In this document: positions 26,216-32,000 of the stretch, one piece after another
Layout: every line of letters begins with the position of its first letter
Numbering within the stretch: position 1 is the first letter of the stretch
Assembly: GCA_001552015.1 (NCBI GenBank)
Contig: CP010514.1
Location: 573,888 to 605,887, forward strand
DNA: 32,000 bases
Direction of reading: 5' to 3'
Source: Candidatus Nanopusillus acidilobi
GTDB taxonomy: Archaea > Nanobdellota > Nanobdellia > Nanobdellales > Nanobdellaceae
The notes under the pieces: model-generated
Seen by the model: only the letters and a program-made list of their open reading frames with translations
The model's database searches: none
Told to the model about the DNA's origin: nothing
Program-made: the position numbers and the translations under genes

Positions 26216-26396
26216 AATATCATAAAGAATTTTAGAAATCAGAAACAACTTTTTCAGTATTTCAGATAAAAATTTTTTAATTTCTTAAAATATTGTCAGA
26301 ACTTATATCTTCTTCTTTAATTAAATCTAAATTGTTTTATTAAATACTTTGCTATAATTTTTATTTTTTAATAATTTTATAGATTATATATATTTT

Positions 26397-28388
26397 ATGA
26401 CAGATCATTTTAAAGCAATATTTAAAACAGATCTTAATAGAAATCTCAATTTTACTGAAGAAACTATTGAAATTTTAGATAATAAAATTTCCATATATGA
26501 TGATAATAAAAACAAAATATTAGAAATCGATAATGTAGAAGAACTAAATATAGAATATGGAATAAGTATATGTAAATTAATTGCAATAGACAAAGATGGA
26601 AAAATATTTGAAGTTGCATATTTTACAAAGAAAAAAGCGGATAATATACAAAAAATTGTAGATGAATTTAATTTAAAAGTAAAAACGGAAATAATTGAAA
26701 AAGAAGAAAAGAAAAGATCTAAAAAAGAAATATATGGATTTTTAATACAAATTATTAAAAAATATAAGAAAGAACTTATCTTAATTACTATTATCTTTAT
26801 TATAGGTACTATAATAAGTCTAATTCCTCCTTATTTAACAGCTTTATTAATAAACGAGGTTCTTATATCAAAAATACCATCACTGGAAGTATTTCTTACA
26901 ATAATTTTCTTAATGCTAATATCTTCTATTATTTCTAGATTTTCATATTTAATAGGTAATTCTTTATTAAATATTACACAGACAAAAATCAGAAAGGGAA
27001 TAAGAGAGTTATTATTAGAACATATAATTTTTAATGATGTTTCTTTTATAGAAAAATACTCTCCTTCTACATTAATAGCAAGATATCAAACGGATATAGA
27101 GGAAATAGATGGTTTTATTGCATTTGATCTGCCTTTTATAATTATAGATACTTTAATGCTTGTTGGGACCCTTATTATACTTTTTTTATTATTACCATTT
27201 TTAGCAATACCTATAATAATTGCAGCATTTGTTATTTTTGTTCTTTTCATAATTTATGAAAGAAAAATTAGAAGAATTGATAAAAAAGCAAGAATAAAGT
27301 CTGTAGATGCCGAAACTCAAGTAAATAATGTTCTAAGGAACTTTTATAGCATTAAGTTATTCTCAAAAGAAAAAGAAGAATATGAAAAAACAAAAAATAT
27401 AATAAACTCTTGGTATTCGACAGATACTCAGGTAGGAAAACTTATTACAATAAGAGGTGAACTATTATTTTTAATAATAGATTTGATTACTGTTTTTATA
27501 TGGTATATGGGTGGAATTTTTGTAATTAATAATCTAATTAAATTGGGTATATTGGTTGCTTTTGTAACTTATATTTTATATATTTATAGCCCACTCCAGA
27601 CATATGAAAGGTTTTTTGGGGATATTCCAAAAGCTTTAGTTTCTGCTGAAAGAATATTAGAATTATTAGAAGATAAGCCAAAAATATTAAATAAAGAAAA
27701 TGCTTTAAAACCAAATATGATTGATGAAATAAAATTTGTTAATGTTACTTTTGGATATGAACCAGGTTTTCCTGTATTAAAAAATATTTCTTTTACAATA
27801 AAACCTAAAGAAAAGGTTGCAATTGTTGGAAAAAATGGAGCTGGAAAGACAACAATTGCTAAATTATTATTAAGATTTTATGACATAAATGATGGAGAAA
27901 TATTAATTGGAAATACAAATATAAAAGATATAGATTTAAAATATCTTAGGGAAAAAATTTCATATTTATCACAAGAACCTGAAATTTTTAATAATACTAT
28001 TAGATACAATATATCTTATGGAAATCAAAATGCAAATGAAATAGAAATAATTAGAGTTTGCAAAATTGTAAATATACATGATGATATAATTAAATTACCT
28101 TTTGCATATGATACCCCAGCAGGAGAAGAGGGAACAAAACTATCTAGCGGCCAAAAACAAAAAATAACAATTGCAAGAAATATAATAAAAAATCCTGATA
28201 TATTTATATTTGATGAATTAACATCAAATATTGATTCAAAGAGCAGAGAACAAATTTTTTCTGCTATATTAAATATTTCAAAAGATAAAACTTTAATATA
28301 TATTTCACATAATTTATCGGAAGTATTAAATATGGATAGAGTTATTGTTATAGAAGACGGAAAAATTGTTGAAGAAGGAAAAACCTGA
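26397..28388 (+). CDS. ABC exporter, fused TMD-NBD (MsbA/MdlB type) with an extra ~110-aa N-terminal soluble domain; 3' end displaced by a frameshift
   Basis: Six TM segments are present. Walker A is GKNGAGKTT, the signature is LSSGQKQKITIARN, Walker B is IFIFDELTSNID and the H-loop is ISHN. The normal C-terminal ...DDLIKKKGKFYELFKNQ is encoded in the next frame. Confidence 0.9.
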   Translation: MTDHFKAIFKTDLNRNLNFTEETIEILDNKISIYDDNKNKILEIDNVEELNIEYGISICKLIAIDKDGKIFEVAYFTKKKADNIQKIVDEFNLKVKTEIIEKEEKKRSKKEIYGFLIQIIKKYKKELILITIIFIIGTIISLIPPYLTALLINEVLISKIPSLEVFLTIIFLMLISSIISRFSYLIGNSLLNITQTKIRKGIRELLLEHIIFNDVSFIEKYSPSTLIARYQTDIEEIDGFIAFDLPFIIIDTLMLVGTLIILFLLLPFLAIPIIIAAFVIFVLFIIYERKIRRIDKKARIKSVDAETQVNNVLRNFYSIKLFSKEKEEYEKTKNIINSWYSTDTQVGKLITIRGELLFLIIDLITVFIWYMGGIFVINNLIKLGILVAFVTYILYIYSPLQTYERFFGDIPKALVSAERILELLEDKPKILNKENALKPNMIDEIKFVNVTFGYEPGFPVLKNISFTIKPKEKVAIVGKNGAGKTTIAKLLLRFYDINDGEILIGNTNIKDIDLKYLREKISYLSQEPEIFNNTIRYNISYGNQNANEIEIIRVCKIVNIHDDIIKLPFAYDTPAGEEGTKLSSGQKQKITIARNIIKNPDIFIFDELTSNIDSKSREQIFSAILNISKDKTLIYISHNLSEVLNMDRVIVIEDGKIVEEGKT

Positions 28389-28962
28389 TGATTTAATTAA
28401 GAAAAAGGGAAAATTCTATGAATTATTTAAAAATCAAATAGAAAATTTAGAAAAAATAGAAAATGTTAATCAAAAATCAGAATTAGTCAATTTAAATATA
28501 ATAAAAGATAAAAATATAATAATAGAACCTTCTAATAGACCTAGCAGAGTAAATATTATATATAATGGTAAAAAACATGAAAACCTTATGCCAAAACTTT
28601 TATTCCCAATATCAAATCCAAAATTTGTAGGATTTTACGATGATAATTTCAATGAAATATTTTTATTAGAAGATTATACAATTTTAGACAAAGATTCTAA
28701 AAAAATATTAGAAAATGCAATAAAATATAATTCTATAATATATAAAATAGAAAAAATAAAGAAGATAGATATTGAAGGAGGATCTATATTATTAAATGCT
28801 CTTATAAATAATAAAGAATTGGAGATAAAAATAATTTCTCCAGAAAATCTTTTTATTTTTGAAGATAAGGTTTTATTTATTGATGAAAATGGTAACCTAT
28901 ATCAAATAATATTAAAAGATTTGGACAAGAGGAGCTTAAAGGAATTAAATAAAATAATATAA
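28366..28962 (+). CDS. DUF1854-like domain (ABC-associated), probably the continuation of the ABC exporter ORF
   Basis: The first ~25 residues are the missing ABC NBD tail. After that, LLFPISNPKFVGFYDDNFNEIFLLEDYTILDKDSKKILENAIKYN resembles the DUF1854 pattern (R.FP.S.P...I......E...I.DL..LD..S...LE). Confidence 0.6.
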   Translation: MLKKEKPDDLIKKKGKFYELFKNQIENLEKIENVNQKSELVNLNIIKDKNIIIEPSNRPSRVNIIYNGKKHENLMPKLLFPISNPKFVGFYDDNFNEIFLLEDYTILDKDSKKILENAIKYNSIIYKIEKIKKIDIEGGSILLNALINNKELEIKIISPENLFIFEDKVLFIDENGNLYQIILKDLDKRSLKELNKII

Positions 28963-29049
28963 TATCTTTATAATTTTAAATTTCAAAAAACAAATAGTTA
29001 AAATTTAAATCGAATTAAATTTAAAAAATTACTTATAAAAATATCTTTA

Positions 29050-29646
29050 ATGGCTACAGGTCCTACTTACGTAGTAAAATTTAGAAGGAGAAGGGAAAAT
29101 ATTACAGATTATAGAAGGAGACTAAAGTTATTAAAATCAAAGAAACCAAGATTTGTTGTTAGAAGATTTTTAAATAATATATTAGCACAAATAACATTAT
29201 ATAATGAAAATGGAGATAAAACATTACTAACAGTCCATTCAAAAATATTAGAAAAGAAATATGGATGGAAAGGACATAGAGGAAATTTACCAACAGCATA
29301 TTTAGTCGGTTTATTAGCAGGTCTAGAAGCAAAGAAAAGAGGAATTGAAGAAGCAATATTAGATATTGGAAGATATAGATCTACAAAAGGAAATTCATTA
29401 TATGCTGCACTAAAAGGTGCAATTGATGCTGGATTAAAGATTCCATATAATGAGGAAATTTTACCTTCTGAAGATAGAATAAAAGGTGAACATATAAAAA
29501 ATTATGCATTAATGTTAAAAGAAAAAAATCCTGAAAAATATAATAAGCAATTTTCAAGATATTTAAAAAATGGATTAGAACCTGAAAAAATAGTAGAGCA
29601 TTTTGAAGAGGTAAAAAATAAAATATTAAAAGAATATGGCATCTGA
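29050..29646 (+). CDS. rpl18p: Ribosomal protein uL18 (L5e)
   Basis: [39 protein letters not shown] is a canonical archaeal L18 N-terminus. Confidence 0.93.
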   Translation: MATGPTYVVKFRRRRENITDYRRRLKLLKSKKPRFVVRRFLNNILAQITLYNENGDKTLLTVHSKILEKKYGWKGHRGNLPTAYLVGLLAGLEAKKRGIEEAILDIGRYRSTKGNSLYAALKGAIDAGLKIPYNEEILPSEDRIKGEHIKNYALMLKEKNPEKYNKQFSRYLKNGLEPEKIVEHFEEVKNKILKEYGI

Positions 29647-29887
29647 TTGGAAAGATAGCTTAGATCCCGTGTTTAGAGATTTTATAAAATCATTAATAGA
29701 AGAAACAAAAAAGTATAAGGATGTATATGAAAATTCTGATAATCCATCAAAAGTACAAATGTGGATTGCACTAGGTATATTATATAGAAAATTACTATCT
29801 ATAGAAGGAAAATTATCAGAAATAGAATCTATAATAAATAATAAGGAATTAAGAGAAAAATTAGAAGAATATTTGAGAAAACTTTAA
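29636..29887 (+). CDS. Small (83 aa) helical hypothetical protein
   Basis: The ORF overlaps the uL18 3' end by 11 nt and the uS8 3' end by 4 nt (convergent). No family is recognised. Confidence 0.45.
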   Translation: MASDWKDSLDPVFRDFIKSLIEETKKYKDVYENSDNPSKVQMWIALGILYRKLLSIEGKLSEIESIINNKELREKLEEYLRKL

Positions 29888-30258
29888 TAAACAACAGCAA
29901 CCAAAACCCCTCCTATTTTTTCTCTTTTACATTCTTCATTTGTTTTAACTCCTTTATTAGTAGATACTAATAATATTCCAAAACCACTTGCAGGTAAATA
30001 TCTTTTTTCGTACCTTTCTAATTCTCTATATGATACAGGAAACCTGGGATGAATTGCTTTTCCAAAATTAAAATATTCGGAAAACCTGGCAATTATCTTT
30101 TTCCCTTCAGTCTTATATTCTTCAACAAATCTATATTCCTTTAATTTTTCTAAAATATTCAATAATAATTTATTATAATAATTAAATTCTACATCTCTTC
30201 TCCCAATATTTATACAATTTGTGGCATGAGAAAAGAAATCATTAATTATATCTACCAT
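29884..30258 (-). CDS. rps8p: Ribosomal protein uS8
   Basis: ...[33 protein letters not shown] is the S8 C-terminal signature. Confidence 0.93.
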   Translation of the reverse strand: MVDIINDFFSHATNCINIGRRDVEFNYYNKLLLNILEKLKEYRFVEEYKTEGKKIIARFSEYFNFGKAIHPRFPVSYRELERYEKRYLPASGFGILLVSTNKGVKTNEECKREKIGGVLVAVVY

Positions 30259-30621
30259 TATTCTCCTAGAACTTTAAATCCTAATTCTTTTGCCATTTCT
30301 CTAAAGCATCTTCCGCATATGTAATATATTATATCTCCTAATAACTCTATCATGAGAACCGCATATCATACATCTTATACTTCCTTTTCCAAATTTTCTT
30401 TCCTTATTTTTAATTCCATATTCTTCTAATACTTTTATTAAACTTTTATTTTCACTTACGGCTTTTTGTATTAATTCTTGTATATTCTTAATCTTACCTT
30501 CTTTAATTAGTCTTCTTACTTCTTCCTTTATATATTTTGGTGCATTATTTTTGAGTATCTTTGCTAAAGTACCTGATTTGTTTTTCTGTAATTCTACTAA
30601 ATATGACCAATCATTTGGCAT
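30258..30621 (-). CDS. rps14p: Ribosomal protein uS14 (zinc-ribbon type) with a ~70-aa N-terminal extension and an internal single-base frameshift
   Basis: RKFGKGSIRCMICGSHDRVIRRYNI is followed in the annotated frame by LHMRKML*. The adjacent frame reads ICGRCFREMAKELGFKVLGE*, supplying the second CxxC and the S14 tail. It ends in TAATG overlapping the uS8 start. Confidence 0.8.
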
Positions 30622-30693
30622 TTATTAATAATATATTAGTAAGATTTAAAAGAAATATAGATTTTTAAGGAAAAAATTAAAATAAATATAATA

Positions 30694-31710
30694 ATGTTAA
30701 AATCCCTAATTGTTGGGATAGACCCAGGTACAAATTTAGGATTAGCTGTTATAGATGATAATGGAAATATTATTGATAAATTAAGTGGAAAAAATATACA
30801 AAACGAGGATATAATCAAATATATAAGTGATTTAAAATATGTTGTACTTATTACTACAGATAAAAAGGAAATACCAAAGACAATATTAGATATAGCATCA
30901 AAATTAAATATTGGTGTATATAATCCAAAAGAAGATATTAGTTTAGAAATAAAAAATAAATATTATCAAGATGAAAATTTAAAGAATATATTTGAAAATA
31001 ATCATGAATTTGATGCATATATATCGGCAATAGAAGCATTAAAAAAATTAAAAGAAATTTTTGAAAAGGCAAAAAAAGTTTCTGAAAGCCAGGAAGAATA
31101 TATTAAAATATTAAGATATATATTAAAAAATAGAAAAGTAGAAGTTGTAGCAGCAAAAAATAATTTGAGAGAAAAGGAAAAAGAGATAAAGAATGAAAAG
31201 AAAAGAAAAAGAAGAAAGAAAGAGAAAAAAGATATAGAAATAGTAAAGGTTATTATAAAGAACAAAAAAGAACAGAAAGAAAAAGAAAAAGTAATAGAAG
31301 AATTAAATAAAAAATATATTGAATTATTAAATGATTATAATATCTTATCTAAGATTTTAACGGAAAGATTAAAAATTGATGATAATATTATACCAAAAAT
31401 TTCTTTTTTATATTTAAACAAACTTTATTATAATAAAATATTTATAGATGAGTTTAAAGAAGAATATATTATATATTACAAAAATAAAGATGTAAAATTT
31501 TTTGTAAAAAAAGAAGATTTAATGGAAGTTAAAAATATTCTTCCGAGATTTTATGCTATTGATGAATTTAAAGAATTAAAGAATTTTATTATTATCGAAA
31601 AGTTCCATGAAGAAAAATCTAATATAACAGAAAAAGATATTGATGAAGAAAGGCTGAAGAAAATTTTAAAAAATTATAGGGAACACCGCCTTCAAAATCT
31701 ACTACAATAA
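30694..31710 (+). CDS. DUF460 / COG2433-type predicted RNase H-fold (RuvC/YqgF-like) nuclease with a Lys/Glu-rich coiled-coil
   Basis: The N-terminus is IVGIDPGTNLGLAVIDDNGNII and HEFDAYISAIEA follows later. The central KEKEIKNEKKRKRRKKEKK stretch is low complexity. Confidence 0.7.
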   Translation: MLKSLIVGIDPGTNLGLAVIDDNGNIIDKLSGKNIQNEDIIKYISDLKYVVLITTDKKEIPKTILDIASKLNIGVYNPKEDISLEIKNKYYQDENLKNIFENNHEFDAYISAIEALKKLKEIFEKAKKVSESQEEYIKILRYILKNRKVEVVAAKNNLREKEKEIKNEKKRKRRKKEKKDIEIVKVIIKNKKEQKEKEKVIEELNKKYIELLNDYNILSKILTERLKIDDNIIPKISFLYLNKLYYNKIFIDEFKEEYIIYYKNKDVKFFVKKEDLMEVKNILPRFYAIDEFKELKNFIIIEKFHEEKSNITEKDIDEERLKKILKNYREHRLQNLLQ

Positions 31711-32000
31711 TTCCTAGACAAGTATACATAAAATAATTAATTACTAATTAGTAATATATTAAAATTTGGCAAATACAATAAAATAGACTTACATTTTGAT
31801 ACTGGTGTACCAAAAATTTTATAAATATCTTTTATAAGATTTTTGATAATCAATATTTTTAAACAGAAAGTCTATAGATATATTTAGAAGAAAAAATCAA
31901 TCATGGAAGAAATTTAGGGGCAATTTTTTAAAAACCGATGGAAAATTAACTATTTTAAATATAAAAATGGCATTTTAGCAATTTTTAAATAGATTGCAAA

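Noticed and set aside
25189-26396. tRNA-Ser as the attachment site of an integrated element carrying the foreign-looking ORF.
   Set aside because: I found no direct repeat of the tRNA 3' end downstream (26216-26396 is uniformly AT-rich). There is no integrase or other mobile-element gene. I report only a compositional anomaly, not a mobile element.
1174-31265. About 20 ORFs in the supplied track lie antisense to, or overlap, strong protein-coding genes. Examples are 1174-1362, 4636-4914, 9014-9220, 10394-10606, 13032-13295, 13857-14120, 15193-15459, 15466-15762, 16852-17061, 17612-17794, 17881-18198, 18077-18286, 18945-19211, 20984-21181, 21778-22008, 23379-23576, 24493-24711, 26405-26593, 29159-29356, 30636-30818 and 31002-31265.
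   Set aside because: All are Leu/Phe/Ile/Tyr-rich low-complexity translations, as expected from the reverse complement of Lys/Asn/Glu/Ile-rich AT-biased genes. Each overlaps a gene with clear family motifs, and none has a recognisable motif of its own.
31919-32000. A possible start of a CRISPR array. Two similar ~24-nt units, GCAATTTTTTAAAAACCGATGGAAA and GCAATTTTTAAATAGATTGCAAA, start 58-59 nt apart, and the last ends in ATTGCAAA.
   Set aside because: There are only two copies, they differ at several positions and in length, and the window ends inside the second copy. CRISPR repeats should be near-identical. No cas genes are in view.

Overview
This window looks like a compact, extremely A+T-rich archaeal chromosome segment. 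By eye roughly three quarters of the bases are A or T. Almost every ORF uses AAA/AAT/ATA/AGA-type codons, genes overlap by 1-20 nt (TAATG, ATGA junctions), and the only G+C-rich stretches are RNA genes. That pattern is typical of a thermophile with an AT-rich genome. The content is mainly archaeal housekeeping genes: 12 ribosomal protein genes, HisRS, the ProRS C-terminus, GatE, Dph2, class II RNR, a NOG1-like GTPase, Hsp20, NurA and a dolichol-P-mannose-type GT2. The ribosomal genes lie in small dispersed fragments rather than one spc/S10 operon, and at least one and probably two genes exist only as N-terminal fragments. From this I infer, but cannot prove, a reduced DPANN/Nanoarchaeota-type symbiont genome. 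RNA genes supported from sequence are five tRNAs (Glu-CUC, Leu-CAA, Ala-UGC, His-GUG with encoded G-1, Ser-GGA). There is also a 231-nt G+C-rich structured RNA beside proS (candidate reduced RNase P RNA) and an H/ACA-like hairpin 5 nt upstream of tRNA-Ser. The most interesting accessory content is two clusters of type-IV-pilin/archaellin-like genes rich in N-glycosylation sequons. One cluster ends in a 536-aa pilin-anchored DUF2341/ConA-like lectin protein, which is a plausible cell-cell attachment module. A second item is a compositionally foreign orphan gene next to tRNA-Ser. One caveat matters throughout. At least five single-base frameshifts sit in homopolymer or AT-repeat runs, including in the essential uS14 gene and in the tail of an ABC ATPase. 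Sequence error is therefore a serious alternative to pseudogenisation everywhere in this window.
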